A stretch of 64,000 nt of DNA, from assembly GCA_965240325.2 (NCBI GenBank), contig OZ251223.1:2480001-2544000 (forward strand), in the 5' to 3' direction. Numbering within the stretch: position 1 is the stretch's first letter; every line of letters starts with the position of its first letter. This DNA comes from Rebecca billardiae RCC1528 (taxonomy: Eukaryota > Protista > Haptophyta). Below the pieces are notes generated by a model. That model did no database searches. It worked only from the letters and a program-made list of their open reading frames with translations, and was not told the DNA's origin. The position numbers and the translations under genes are program-made. Below are positions 46,935 to 59,579 of the stretch, one piece after another.

Positions 46935-47903
46935 ATGGACAACGCGATCACATTCGTGCGCGCACGCGCGCGACTGAGCGCGCCCCGAGGCTGCCGAGGC
47001 TGCCCACCAGCCTTTCGCCGGTACCTCAGCTGTGCGTGTGCTTGCGCACGCCCTGCACCTTTTCACCCCCTCCCGCCATCACCTTCTCACGCCAGACCCT
47101 TCTCTCGACCCCGCACGCGCCAGGCGGCTGGCATGGCGTACGGCGTCACGTCGACGGCGGTTGGCCAGCCGTTTGACACGATCAAGACGCGCATGCAGGC
47201 GCGTCCGGAGAATCTGCGCTCGGGCATCATGGAGACGGGGGCCCAGCTCTTCCGCGCTGAGGGCATCCGCGGGCTGTACAGGGGCGGGCTGCCCCTCTTC
47301 GTCGGTGGCGGCTTCATCCGCTCCGCGCAGTTTGGCTTCTTCGACACGGCGCTGCGCTGGCAGCGTCAGGAAGGGGCGGAGCGGCCGCCGAGGCGGCTGG
47401 GGATCGATCAGCAGGTGCTAGTTGCGGGATTCTGCGGCGGCCTCGGCCGCGGCCTCGTCGAGGCCCCGGCGGACTACATCAAGACCCGGCGGCAGGTCGG
47501 GCAGTCCTGGAGCCTCACTGGGCTGATGGAGGCAGGGGTCCCCATCACGCTGCTGCGCAACTCCTTCCTGTTCGCCAGCTTTGCCGTGTACGCGGACTGG
47601 AGCAAGCTGCTCGTGCCGGGCGGGCTGGGGCCGTTCTGGACGGGCGCGGTGTGCGCGAACCTCGCCTGGCTCACCATCTGGCCGCTCGACGTGGTGAAGT
47701 CGCAGATGCAATCCGGCAACTATGCTGGCTCACAGATGGGCAAGCTACTCGCCGACGTCGTGCGCTCCGGCAGCCTCTTCAGGGGACTTGTGCCTGGGCT
47801 CGTGCGTAGCACGCTGGCAAATGGATGCGCGATGACGGCCTACGCAAAGACAAAAGCCATGCTCGAGGCGCAGTTTGGGGCTGGTCGTGCATCCATGTTC
47901 TGA
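46935..47903 (+). CDS. Mitochondrial carrier family protein (carnitine/ornithine/amino-acid-carrier-like); intron 46956-47123
   Basis: Spliced MDNAITF|AAGMAYG...; motifs PFDTIKTRMQ, PADYIKTRRQ, PLDVVKSQMQ; GIRGLYRG. Confidence 0.88.
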   Translation: MDNAITFVRARARLSAPRGCRGCPPAFRRYLSCACACARPAPFHPLPPSPSHARPFSRPRTRQAAGMAYGVTSTAVGQPFDTIKTRMQARPENLRSGIMETGAQLFRAEGIRGLYRGGLPLFVGGGFIRSAQFGFFDTALRWQRQEGAERPPRRLGIDQQVLVAGFCGGLGRGLVEAPADYIKTRRQVGQSWSLTGLMEAGVPITLLRNSFLFASFAVYADWSKLLVPGGLGPFWTGAVCANLAWLTIWPLDVVKSQMQSGNYAGSQMGKLLADVVRSGSLFRGLVPGLVRSTLANGCAMTAYAKTKAMLEAQFGAGRASMF

Positions 47904-48238
47904 TGAGGTTGCATGACTTGCAGTCTGCAGCCAGCATCATGATGATACGGCGCGACTGATGTCTACTCACAACATTATAATGATGCTGATGGGGCATCGT
48001 CCGATGATGCTTGCTAGTACAGTAGTAGGAGTTCAGTATGCGGATGTCTGATGATGACCGGTCGTCGACTCTCAGAGACTCGATTGACGATTCTCAGGCT
48101 CGTCGGCTTCCGCCACGAGGGCGGAAGCACTGCAGAGAGATGTTCAATGTCGTCTTTATCATCATCGTCATTGTCATCGCAGCACATTCATTGCCTCGTC
48201 GATTTATTGTCATCACAGCTCACGCGCGGCGGAACAGC

Positions 48239-49299
48239 ATGGCGGACAGCGAGGAAGACGACGTCTCTGACGACCACCTCGAGGGCGTCCTGCTGCCCAC
48301 CCTCCCTGGTGCCGCGGACGAGGACGACGCTGACGAGGAGGAGGACGGTGGTGGCCAGGCCGCTGGCGATGACGCCGATGCGGACGCGGACACCACCGCC
48401 GCAGGCGCTGGGAGCGTAGACGCTGATCGAGAGGCCGATTTGCCCGGCCCCTCCTCCACGCTCCTCCCCGATGCGGCGAGCGCCTTCGACCCCGAAAGCG
48501 CGCCCCCTGGGGCGGAGCTGGACCCGTTCCGTACCACCGGTGCCGCGCAAGTGAGCGCGCAAGCGTCAGCCGATGCCGGAGGCAGCAAGGCGCGCAAAAG
48601 TCCGGCCGGCAAGTTCGACACGGTCAAGTACGACCGCGAGCACCTGCACAACCGCAAGCTTTTCGTCGGCGGGCTGCCGCCGAGCGTGACTGAGGCGTCG
48701 CTGATCAAGTTCTTCAGCCGCTTCGGCAAGGTGCAGGAGGCGCGGCTCGGCGTACACCACGAGACGGGCAAGTCGCGCGGCTTTGCTTTTGTCGTGTTTG
48801 CGTACCACAAGGGCGCGCGGTACTGCCTCGAGCAGGGCGCGGAGAAGGAGATGGACGGGGCGCGCTTGCGCTGCGAGGTGGCGGCGGCGCACGATAAGAA
48901 TCGCGCCAGGGGGCCAGATCGACCGGCGGGTGGCGACCGCCCCCCACGCCCGGCCGCCAGGGAGCGCGAGGGCGGCGGCTGGGGCCGAGCCAGTGGCGTG
49001 CCCGGCTCGGCTGTGGCCGCGGCCGGCGGCTCCTCAGCGCCAGATGCGCCCGACGCGGACGATGGGCCGTCCAAGAAGAAGCGAAAGGAGTCGAAGCAGA
49101 TCGTCACCATCACCCGGCGCGATGACGCAGAGCCAGCGGAGAAGACCAAAATCTCGATGCGCGAGATCTTCCCGAAGGTGCGCGCGCCGTGCAAAAAGCC
49201 CCAAACGGTCGCATGGTGTGTGCGCGCGCCTCCGCCAACGCGACCCTGCGCCATTGGCCCCCGCGCTTTCTTGCTTGGCAGGAGTTCTGGCGCGTTTGA
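48239..49299 (+). CDS. Single-RRM RNA-binding protein; intron 49178-49281
   Basis: RNP2 KLFVGGL, RNP1 RGFAFVVF, acidic N-terminus, NLS-like KKKRKE; spliced end MREIFPK|EFWRV*. Confidence 0.82.
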
Positions 49300-49744
49300 G
49301 AACCCGCTTTGCGCAGGCGAGACGGCAGCTGCTGACGGCCGTGGCCGCAGTCGGTGGTGCGGCCACAGGGCTGCACGCGCCTGTCCCTGCGGCTTGGACT
49401 CTGCTGGACTTTGTCTTTGGCCACTCCCGCACTATCTACTCGGTCTCGGAGAGAGACTCGGCTTCGGCCTGTCTCTTTATGGGGCAGAGCCCGAGCCTCT
49501 GGCGCATGTCGCGAGCTATGAGCCGCGGATCCGCCTGATGCCACGCGTCCGATGCCGAAGCACCGACTACCGAGCACGTGTCCGATGCTGTGCCGGGCGC
49601 ACTTGCTTGGCGGTTGTTTGTAGAACTTTGCGCTATTAATTCACGGCCCGTGCCCGAATTTGGTCCGACGACAGCCGCGCGCCCGTGAGAGTGCCGCAGC
49701 TGCGTGCAGCCTACATCAGGACCACGACCTAGCAGGTTCACGTT

Positions 49745-49746
<2 letters not shown>

Positions 49747-49812
<66 letters not shown>

Positions 49813-49868
49813 ACATATACATATACATATACATATATATATATATATATGTATACATATACATATAC

Positions 49869-49962
<94 letters not shown>
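49747..49962. repeat. Compound (TA)n/(TACATA)n microsatellite
   Basis: TA run interrupted by two near-identical TGTATACATATACATATACATATACA blocks. Confidence 0.97.
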
Positions 49963-49965
<3 letters not shown>

Positions 49966-50695
49966 CCCGCGGTGCAGGGCGGAGCGCGCAGCGTGGAGCC
50001 CGCACCAGCGCGCCCGAACCACGTTTCAAAAAGATCTTTGATCAGCAAGAAAAAAGGGACGGGGGGCGGCGGAAAAAAAGGGACGGGGGGCGATTTTTAG
50101 GGCTGGCGGAGACCGAGTTTCGAGTTTTTGAGATCGCATTGAGAGGTCTATCAGGCCAAAAAAAACCGCGCCCAGCTGATTCCCTTAAGTAAAGTGCGAT
50201 CTGGACGTCAGCTGGACGTGACATTAGTGTAACGGTTCGTTACGAGCGAATCGTACTCGTCTTCCCGGATCGCGTGACGTCCGGACTGGGCCACATCCGG
50301 ATCGTCGGAGGTGACGTGCCCCGGCACGATGGGCGATGGCGGATATGCGGGACGGCGCCTGCACGTGCCTCCGGACCCGCCTCCCGCTTGCTGCTCACGC
50401 AGTCAGCTGCGACCGTGGCGCATGATCGCAGAAGCAGTGCCGGCAGTACGGCCTGCATCAGCTAGTGCCGCGCCGTCGTGGCGCGCGCGGTACGGTTGCG
50501 CGTTTGCAGCGCTCGCCGGTCGGCGACGGCACGCGCGTGCGGCTCAGGTGTGTCAAATGCGGTCTCGTCGGCGCGCTTTCGCCTGCCACCTCGTGCACCC
50601 GTGCCGCCAGTTTCATCGTCTTCATGAGGACTGCTGCTGCTGTCGCCATCCGCTCTCCATCACCCCGAGTCGCCGGTCGCGCGGCGCGCGCGGTA

Positions 50696-50743
50696 GGCAC
50701 TAGGCAGGGCGTACGGTCAGGCACTAGGCAGGGCGTACGGTCA
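50696..50743. repeat. 24-bp tandem duplication GGCACTAGGCAGGGCGTACGGTCA x2
   Basis: Direct inspection. Confidence 0.85.
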
Positions 50744-50872
50744 CTCACCCGTGCAACGGGTCAAGTGGCCAGAGTACGTCTGGTCGTTGGCTGGCACGGG
50801 CCGCAGCGCTAAAGCACCCTGCTGTCACACCCGACTCCTTCAGTACTCCGAGCTCCGCGGCACGACTCACTC

Positions 50873-51018
50873 GGCACGATCGCGGACGGGTCGGATCCGA
50901 GCTGATCAGCCAGAGTTGGACACAGTTTGGCAGCTACTAGTAGTAATTCCGATGCCGATGGCACGATCGCGGACGGGTCGGATCCGAGCTGATCAGCCAG
51001 TTGGACATTTGGCAGCTA
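50873..51018. repeat. Direct repeat pair of about 60 bp (GGCACGATCGCGGACGGGTCGGATCCGAGCTGATCAGCCAG...)
   Basis: 41-bp identical cores starting at 50873 and 50960, with similar continuation TTGGACA..TTTGGCAGCTA. Confidence 0.85.
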
Positions 51019-51208
51019 GTTGTCAGACGGACGTCCGATTTGACGACCGGTGCCGGGTGCGGTCTCAGGTCCGCTGCTGTGATTGTGTGAATAAGTGTGA
51101 ATGAGTCTCGCGGTCGCGCAGGCAGGGCGACGGTCGGACTAATATAGCTTCAGTCATCTCAGAACCGACTTCAACTGGCGAACTGCCACTACGGCGGAGA
51201 GCCGCGAT

Positions 51209-51285
51209 TGCACGGCCACCGCGGGCCCCCAACTGCGTTGATTCTATGCAGAAAAGGACCGCGGAACGCGGTCATGATATATATA
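51209..51285 (+). repeat. Dispersed hairpin repeat, copy 2
   Basis: Homologous to 21871-21957. Confidence 0.8.
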
Positions 51286-51874
51286 AAATCTGGCGGGCTT
51301 CCGCCTTCCGCAATGGCGCGCTGCCAGGTTATTCACGGGCCTCAGCGATCTGCTTCCGAGGACGTGATGTCGATAAGGCAACGCCAACGTGCGCCGGCCC
51401 CGCCTGTGCCTTATGGGCCGCCGTGCAGAGCAGTGCCAGACTGCCAGACTGCGCGCTGCCAGAGTCACTCAGACTACGACTACTCAGACGTCACTCATTA
51501 GACCGAGACTGGCTGAGTCTGAGTCTGAGTCAGAGTGGCAGCAGCCCCAGCAGGCTACGACCGGACGATCACAAGTCGCGTACGCGACATACTCACAATG
51601 ATTCATCACATGTCACAATAACGTCGGGCGGGAATGATCAATGAACCGTGAACGGCCACCACGTCCACTGGGTCTGGGCACTGGCACGGCCACCACTTCG
51701 CGGGACGGGCTCTGTCCCGCGAGTCATCGGTCAATGGTCATCGCCGCGAGCCGCTAGCCGTGAGCCGACTGCGCACGAGCATTACTGATTATATTATTGA
51801 GACTCATCAGATGTCGACCGCGTTGTCATCGCGATCATCAGGGCCACAACTATATCTTTCTCATCATGCAGAAC

Positions 51875-53665
51875 TCAGAAGAGCCCGCGCTTGTACTGCC
51901 CAGGGCCGTCTGCGTCGGCCTCCAGCGCGCGCAGCTGCTCCACCTCTCTCGACGCGATCTTCCTGTAGCGCAGCACGCTCGGATCGTTCGCCGCGGCGGC
52001 CATCGCCTCCGCCGCCGCCACGCGCGCGGCGGTAACCTTCGCCGCTGCCGCCTCTCCCGCGGCTTGCGCGTGTGCCGCGCCGCGCAGCGCACCGGCCGGG
52101 GCGTCGGCAGTGCAGGCTGCTGCAGCCGCATCTGCGTCGGCGCCTGCGTGCGCCTGCCCGCCTCCTCGCGAGAGCAGCCGCGAGCCGCGCCGCAATGCGC
52201 TGGCAGCACGCGAGGCGACGCCGCCCGGCGACTCGCCGGCGCCTGGCTCGCGCGGCGCGCGCGCGGCGCTGGCGATGGCCTCGCGCTGAGCGTGGGTCGC
52301 GGCGAGATTCGCAATCTCGAGCGAGATGCGGCCGCAGTACTTGCGCAGCGGCAGCACCTCGAGCGCGGATCTCTCGCGGCTCAGCGCTCTCCACGAGGTC
52401 TCGTTGTACCCGACCACCATCGCGAGCATCTCGTAGAAATAGCTCACGACGCGCACGACGGTGGTCGCGCCCGCGCGCGAGATGGAGGCCTGCACCGAGC
52501 CGTCGTCGCCCTCCGCGGCCAGCGGGTCGCCAAAGGCGATGCTGAACGGCTCCTCGATGATGTGCCCGATCTCCTCCATCGCGTACACCACGTACCCCAT
52601 CCCGATGCTCACCGCGGGCACGAGCACCGCCGAGCACTCGTGCAGCAGCGCCAGCGGCAGCGTGAGCAGGTAGAGCGTGAAGAAGCGGCTCGTGTGCCGC
52701 GAGACACTGAGCGGGATCGGCGTGAGCTTGAGGCGCTCACACGAGCCGATCACGTCGGTGAGCCGCTCGACGTGGGCCTGGATCTGCGCCCACAGCGCCG
52801 CCTGGCGCTGCCCCGACGAGTCCTGCGCGTACACCGCGTACCCCTCCGGCTGCTCGCGCCGCAGCAGCGTCGAGAGCTCGGCGGTGAGCGACGCGACGAG
52901 CGTGGACGGGATGTTGTCCGTCTGACGCAGCGTCTCGATCGTCACGGCGCACGCGTCGGACGCGTCGGAGAGCTCGGCGAGGTGCGGGTCGGTGTACGCG
53001 CGCCACACCGCCTCGAGCTCGCGCGTGTCGCCGCGCACGCCACGCAGGTGCTGCTTGAGCGCGATCGGGAACGCCGACGCGTGCGCGAGCAGCACATCTC
53101 GCTCGCGGCCCGGCGGGAAGTGGCAGAGCGAGAGCATCGCGATCTGCCGCGCGGAGCTGTGCACGGAGGCCCAGAGCTCGCGGCCCTCCCAGAAGCGCTG
53201 GTACGCCTGGTCCGTGCGGAACACCAGCAGGATCGCCAGGAAGCTGCCCACGGCCTCGTGCGGCCACGACGGGATCTGCACCGCGTCCGAGAGCAGGTGC
53301 GAGCTGCCCTCCGCGACGCGGTCAAACTCGTAGGCGACCGAGACAAAGGCAGCCCAGAGCGAGGTGCCGAAGAGCTGCGGCGCCACGCGCTCGAGGACGC
53401 GCGACTGCCCGATCGAGAGCAGGTCGCGCAGCCAGTTCGAGCGCTTCTCGCGCAGGTCGGGCTCGTTCAGCCGCAGCCCGTCGTCCGTCACGAGCTCCGA
53501 GCGCCACAGCTCGGGCGCGATGAGGGGCGGCTGGATGGGGACGAGCGCGGAGGACTGCGTCGCGCGTGGCGCTCGGGTGGGTGGCCGCACCCGCCCGCCG
53601 CTCGCGAGTGCGCACGAGAGCCCGACGGCCAGCCACGCCGCGAGCCACGAGCGCCGTCGAGCCAT
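51875..53665 (-). CDS. Bestrophin-like anion/bicarbonate channel (UPF0187/BST/VCCN type), predicted plastid-targeted
   Basis: LLVFRTDQAYQRFWEGRELW; CERLKLTPIPLSVSRHTSRF; MEEIGHIIEEPF; N-terminal signal peptide (WLAAWLAVGLSCALA) followed by an Arg/Pro-rich transit-like region. Confidence 0.9.
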   Translation of the reverse strand: MARRRSWLAAWLAVGLSCALASGGRVRPPTRAPRATQSSALVPIQPPLIAPELWRSELVTDDGLRLNEPDLREKRSNWLRDLLSIGQSRVLERVAPQLFGTSLWAAFVSVAYEFDRVAEGSSHLLSDAVQIPSWPHEAVGSFLAILLVFRTDQAYQRFWEGRELWASVHSSARQIAMLSLCHFPPGRERDVLLAHASAFPIALKQHLRGVRGDTRELEAVWRAYTDPHLAELSDASDACAVTIETLRQTDNIPSTLVASLTAELSTLLRREQPEGYAVYAQDSSGQRQAALWAQIQAHVERLTDVIGSCERLKLTPIPLSVSRHTSRFFTLYLLTLPLALLHECSAVLVPAVSIGMGYVVYAMEEIGHIIEEPFSIAFGDPLAAEGDDGSVQASISRAGATTVVRVVSYFYEMLAMVVGYNETSWRALSRERSALEVLPLRKYCGRISLEIANLAATHAQREAIASAARAPREPGAGESPGGVASRAASALRRGSRLLSRGGGQAHAGADADAAAAACTADAPAGALRGAAHAQAAGEAAAAKVTAARVAAAEAMAAAANDPSVLRYRKIASREVEQLRALEADADGPGQYKRGLF

Positions 53666-53927
53666 CGCTTGATTGCGCAGCCGACGGCGGCGACGGGCAT
53701 GCAAGCACGTCGATTTTTGGTGTGCTAACTGCTGACAATGACGAATTCACATTGCGGGCCGTGTCGTCGTTCGTCAAGCGGAATCAGAGTCGCCGCAACG
53801 GAGCGACGCGCTCGCGAGCGCCGCCGCCGAGCTGGAGAGCGCTCCCTCGGGAGGTGCCGGTTGGAAGTGGCAAACTGCTTCCACCTTTTTTTTCTCGCCG
53901 GGAGTTCGTCGGTGCTTTTGGTGGGCG

Positions 53928-56065
53928 ATGGCGGCGCACTTGGCCGTCGCCGAGCTTGGCGAGGCTGACCCGGCGCACATCGGCTACGTCTTCGCGGAGC
54001 TCACGTCACGGCAGACCGAGGCTATCGACCGCGGCGCCGCGCGGCTCGAGCTGATCGCAGAGCTGATCGCGCACATCGAGCACGCGCACCGCGTGCGGCG
54101 ACATGAGTTTGCGCCTTTCTGGGACATGGTGACGGCACAGATGCTCGGCTCCGAGCCGGGCGAGGCACTGGCCGACACGCAGGGGCCCGCCCTTGCCTTT
54201 GGCGGGTCGGGGTCTGACATCACCGTGCCCGATCCTCCCACTGCCGGCGACGCGGCGGAGGCGTCCGAGGCGGGTGCGCCCCGGCCGCAGGCGGCGGTGG
54301 CGGATGGCCCTGCGTTTGCTGTGCAGCTGGAGGAGTTCAGCCTCGGGCCCATACCCGCCTTCGGCTTCCCGCTGGCTGGCACCCACGTCGACGCGAGCGG
54401 GGACGATCCCGACGACGACGACGGATCGGACCCACCCCTCCTCGTCATTGGCTCCCCAGTCGCGGGCAGGCGCGGCGAGCCGACACGCCTGCCCCGGCCC
54501 GCCTCGCCCGCAGAGGACGCGCCGACGGCGGCGGTGTCGGCGCCGGCCGTCGAGCTTGCGCGCGCGACGCCGCCGTATGCCGTGATGCAGCTGCTCCTCG
54601 CCGAGCAGCAGCAGCGCGTGCGCGCGCACGAGCTCGCGGTGAGCCAGCTGCTGGCGGGCGAGCGCTCGTGCGAGGCGATGGGCGTGGAGCTGGTGTGGTC
54701 TGGGTGGGGGGGCGGGGTGGGCGAGTTCCTGAGCGGCGGCGCGGAGGCGCGCGCGCACGTCGCGCGCGCGTGCGGAGCCGACGGGCCGCCCCACGGCAGC
54801 ATGCTCTGCGCGCTCGCGCTGCTGATCCTCCAGTGTCGCTGGGCGCGCGCGCTGCCGCTCGCGCGCGCGCTGCGCACGAGCGGCCAACTCGATTTGACGC
54901 CCACGCCCTCGCCCTTCGAAGTCGGCGCGGCGGAGGCGCAGCTGTTCGCGCGAGCGTGCGAGCTGGCGCCGCCCCCGCGTGTCGAGCTCGGCTTCCGCGG
55001 CGCCGAGCTGTGCGTCGGCGGCCAGGCGGCCCACACGTTCCGCGCGGCGCACGTCCCGATCCTGTGCGCGGCGGTACCGCAGTGGGCGGACCTGCGGACG
55101 GTGCGGCTGCGCGCGTGCGACGCGGGCACGCTCACGCCGTTGGTGGGCGCGTTGGCCACGCAGCGGCCGGAGCTCGCGGATCTGATCATCGAGCAGTGCT
55201 TCACCACGCGCATGGGCCTCAGCAGCGGCGTCGCCTCCGTCGACCACCTCCTCGACGTCTCCAGCTCGAATCTCTCCGTCGGCAGCGCCGCGGCCGCGCC
55301 GCTGCCCATCGTGTGTCAGTTGGCGCGCTGCGCACAGCTGCGGGGGCTGAGGCTGGAGGAGATGGCGATGGCCGAGGCCGATGTGGGGGTACTCGCGCGC
55401 GCGCTGGGGGCGGACGGCTCCTCCGGCTACGGCCGACTGACCGCGCTCAGCCTCGTGGACTGCAACGTGAACAGCGGCGCGTGCGTGGCCCTGGCCAACG
55501 CGCTGCGACGCAACCGCCGCCTGTGCGAGCTCAGCCTGCGCTCCAACCCGATCACGGACGCCGGCGTGTGCGTGCTCGCCGCCGCGCTGTGCGCGAGGAA
55601 CCGCACGCTGCGCGCGCTCGACCTGTCGCGCGTCTTCGTCACCGACGCGTGCGTGCCCGCCCTCGAGGACATGCTCGGCGCCGGCAGCGCGCTGCAGCTG
55701 CTCGACCTCAGGTGCGCGCGCGCGTGCGTGTGATGGCGCCGCGATGCAGCGCGCTGCCTAACGCGCGGCTGGCTGCACACCACGCGACCGTTCGGGGCTG
55801 CTGGCCAGGGAGCCGCTCCAGACTGCGGGCCAGAGGCGTGGCACGCGCATGACCCACGCACTGCGTGCCGCTCCACACCGCCATGGCCCCCGCGCGTCGC
55901 GCGCTGCTGCGCAGGCATGCCCGGGGCGATCTGCCCGTGGAGCAACTCTCGGCCGCAGGGGTCGAGCGCTTGCGCGAGGCGTGGGGCGACCGCGGCGGCT
56001 CGTGTCTGCTCGATCAGCACGCGCAGGCTGTACCGACGGAGAAAGTCGCGTTGCTCGCGCCGTAG
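53928..56065 (+). CDS. RNI-like leucine-rich repeat protein; intron 55712-55914
   Basis: LRRs LTALSLVDCNVNSGACVALANAL, LCELSLRSNPITDAGVCVLAAAL, LRALDLSRVFVTD; spliced capping segment LSAAGVERLREAW. Confidence 0.75.
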
Positions 56066-56272
56066 AACAGATGTGAGGCTGCTGCTCATCATCGTCGCTC
56101 GCTGGGAGACCGTCGACGGACAGAACGGTCAGTGGACTATGGACAGTCATCAATAATGAGCAGTACTAATCTCGCCTGCCTGAGCTGTGTGCGTCTCAGT
56201 AAACTGTAGAGAACTCTGCACGGGATTTCTCAGTGGATCACCCACCCGGCCGTCAATGGCCGCGCCCACCCC

Positions 56273-59200
56273 ATGGCGGCGCAGCGCACTGACAATGGCG
56301 CCCTCTTCCACGCCGACTCGGCTCAGGCGCTGCGCGGCGTCGTGTGCGGGGAGATCCAGGCGGTGCTCATGCAGATGCGCCGCTCGGCGCGCTGGGCCCG
56401 GATGCGTCAGGTGCGCGTGCGAGGCGTGCGCGCCGCGCTGGCCGCGCGTCAGCCGCGTGGCTCATTGCCGCTCCGGCCACCGCCGCGCGCGCGCTCGCGC
56501 ACCCGCCGCGCGCAGAACCCGTCGCAGTCGAGCTGGACGGAGCTCGTGTACAAGCTCAAGCTCGCGCGCCGCACCGTCGCGTCGTGCACCACGCCGTCCT
56601 CCTCCGTGCACTACATCCCCGCGTTCCTGGACGTGGTGCGCTCGGAGCAGACGAGCGGCGACGTGACCGAGGCGGCGCTGTCCGCGGTGCACAAGCTGCT
56701 GCAGCTCGACGTGCTCGGTGCGGCTGGGGCGATGCGCCGCGCGCCCCCCCACCGGCCGCCGTCCCGCCGCCTCGCGCGCGCCCACGGCGCACCGCGCGCC
56801 GCCTCTGCCGATGCCAACGCCGATGTCGCTTGCGCGCCGCGCGCGCCCCCGCGCCGCTCGCGCGCGCAGCGCTGGACGACGCTCGGACGGCGCGCGCGGC
56901 GATGTGCTCGATCGTCTCGTCGGTCACGCACTGCCGCTTCGAGGCGTCCGACCCGGCGTCCGACGAGGTCGTGCTGATGAAGCTGCTGCAGGTGCTGCTG
57001 GCGTGCATGCGCTCGCCGCGTCAGTCTGAGCTCACTGACGAGGCCGTGTGCGAGATTGTGCAGGCGTGCTTCCGGATCTGCGCGCAGCCGCGGCTGAGCG
57101 TGCTGCTCCGGCGTACGGCGGAGTCGACGCTGCTCGAGATCGTGTGGATCCTCTTCGCCCGCCTCGACGACCTCGCCTCGCTGCCGCCCATCACGCCCGC
57201 AGGCTCGGCCGGCGGCGCGCCGCACTTTGCGCACGGTCCGCCGGGCGCGCCCGGGGCCGGGGCCGCCGACGGCGCGACGGACGCGGCGGTGGCGGCGGCG
57301 GATGCGGCGGTGGCGGCGGGTGGCGCGGCGGCGGACGAGCTGCTGCTCGGCGAGGAGGACAACCCGGCCTCACCGCCGCTGCAGGGGCTGCCCCCGCCCC
57401 CGGACCAGCGCGCGCACGGCGTGCACGTGCTGCGCGGCTCTGCGTTTGGCATCTATCCGGCGGAGGCTGCGGACGGGCTGCCGCCGGGCGGCGAGGCGGT
57501 GGTGGTGGGCGCGTGCGGCGACGAGGAGGGCGCCCCGCCGCCCGCCGGCCGCGCCGCCGCGCCCGCCGCCGCCGCGCCCGCGTGCGCGCCGCCGGCGGCC
57601 ATACCCTCGCGCGCCAGCGTGGTCGCCTTTGGCTCGGACGCCGACGCGGAGGCTCCGCTTCCGCCTCGCGCCGGGCCGACGTCGCCTGGGGGCGCACGCG
57701 CGGCGCGCAAGAGCGCGGAGGGCGGCGCCTCGGCGGCCGCCGGCGCGGCGGCGGCGTGGCCGCCGACCGCGCGCGCGGACACGCCCGGCTGCGCGCACGG
57801 CGGCGGCGGCGGCGGCGGCGGCGCGGGAGCGGGCGGCGCTCCGCCTTCCGCGGGCGAGCTGGGGCCGCGCGCGGGCGCGGGCGCGGCGGGCGATGCGCCC
57901 GCGTGGGCGCCGGATCGCGCGGCCGAGGCTGGCGCGCCGGCGAGCGTGCCGCCGCTCGTCTCCGCCGACTCTTCCGAGGGCGCGGACGACGAGCTCGGCG
58001 GGCCGCACGGCATGGCGTGCGCGTACGAGGTGCTTCGATTCCTCTGCTCGCTCGTCGAGCCCGTGGCGTCCAACGCGGACAACACGGCGGAGGTGCACGA
58101 GCTGGGGCTGAAGCTGATCAAGTGCGCGCTCGAGGCGGGCGGCGAGGCGTACGGCCGCTGCCCGCCGCTCCTCCGGCTGATCGGCGCGCACCTGTGCAAG
58201 TTCCTCGTGCAGAACTCGGCGACCGCGCACGCGTCCGTGCTCTCGCTCGTGCTGCAGTGCTCCTACTTGCTGATCACCGAGCTGGGCGCGTGCCTCAAGG
58301 CGCAGCTCGAGCTGATGGTGACGCGGATCTACGTGCGCCTCGCGCGCGGCCGCGCGCACTCCGCCGAGGCCGTCGAGCTGTGCATGGAGTCCGTCCTCGA
58401 CCTGTGCGAGCAGCCGCTCCTCGCCGCACAGCTGTGGGCCAACTACGACTGCGACCCGCGCCAGCTCGACCTGCTGAGCACGCTCAGCGAGACGCTGGCG
58501 GAGCACGCGTGCGCGCCCGCGGCGTACGCGGGCGGCGGCGGCGGCGGCGGCGGCGCGTCGGCCGGCGCGTCGAGCGCCGCCGCCGCCGCCGCCGCGCCGC
58601 CCGGCGCGCACCAGCTCCTCGCGCTCGACTCGATCCTGGCGCTGCTGCGCGGGCTCGCCGCGTGCGCGCACGAGCGGCAGACGGGCCCGAGCGGGCGCGC
58701 GCTCGCGCTGCTCGGCGCGGAGGGGGGCGGCGGCGGCGGCGGCGGCGAGGCGCCGCCGTCGGCGGCGGCGGCGGAGCTGCGCGCCGCGCGCGCGCGCAAG
58801 GACGTGCTGCGCGCGTGCGTCGCCGCGTTCAACGCCAAGCCGCGCCGCGGCATCGGCGAGCTCGTCCGAGCGCGCCTGCTGCCCGACCCGCCCTCCGCCG
58901 AGTCGCTCGCGGCGCTCTTCCGGACTTCGCCCGGACTGGACAAGGCGGTGGTCGGCGCGTTCCTGGGCGAGCCGGACGAGCTGAACGTGCGCACGCTGCG
59001 CGCGTTCGCGCGCACCTTCGACTTCTCCGGCCGCGAGATCGACGCCGCGCTGCGCATCTTCCTCGAGGGGTTTGTGCTGCCGGGCGAGGCGCAGAAGATC
59101 GACCGCGTGATGGAGGCGTTCGCAGCCGCCTACTTCGCGCAGAGCGCGGCCGCGCCGGGCGGGACGGTGTTCGCGCACCCGGACGGCGCGTACGTGCTCG

Positions 59201-59501
59201 CCTTCTCGATCATCATGCTCAACACCGACCTGCACTCCGGCCAGGTCAAGCACAAGATGACCCTCGAGCAGTTTGTGCGCAACAACCGCGGGATCAACGC
59301 GGGCGCCGATCTCCCGCGCGAGATGCTGGCGGGTGTGTTCGAAGCCATCCAGAAGGAGCCGATCGTGCTGAGCACGGACGCGACGGTGGACGCGGCGGGG
59401 CTGCCGCCCATCTCGAACGAGGCGTGGGAGGAGGTGCTGCAGCGCGCGCGCTGCGCGCCGCCCACGCCCTTGCTCGCGAGTGCGCACACGTCCTACCCGC
59501 T

Positions 59502-59579
<78 letters not shown>

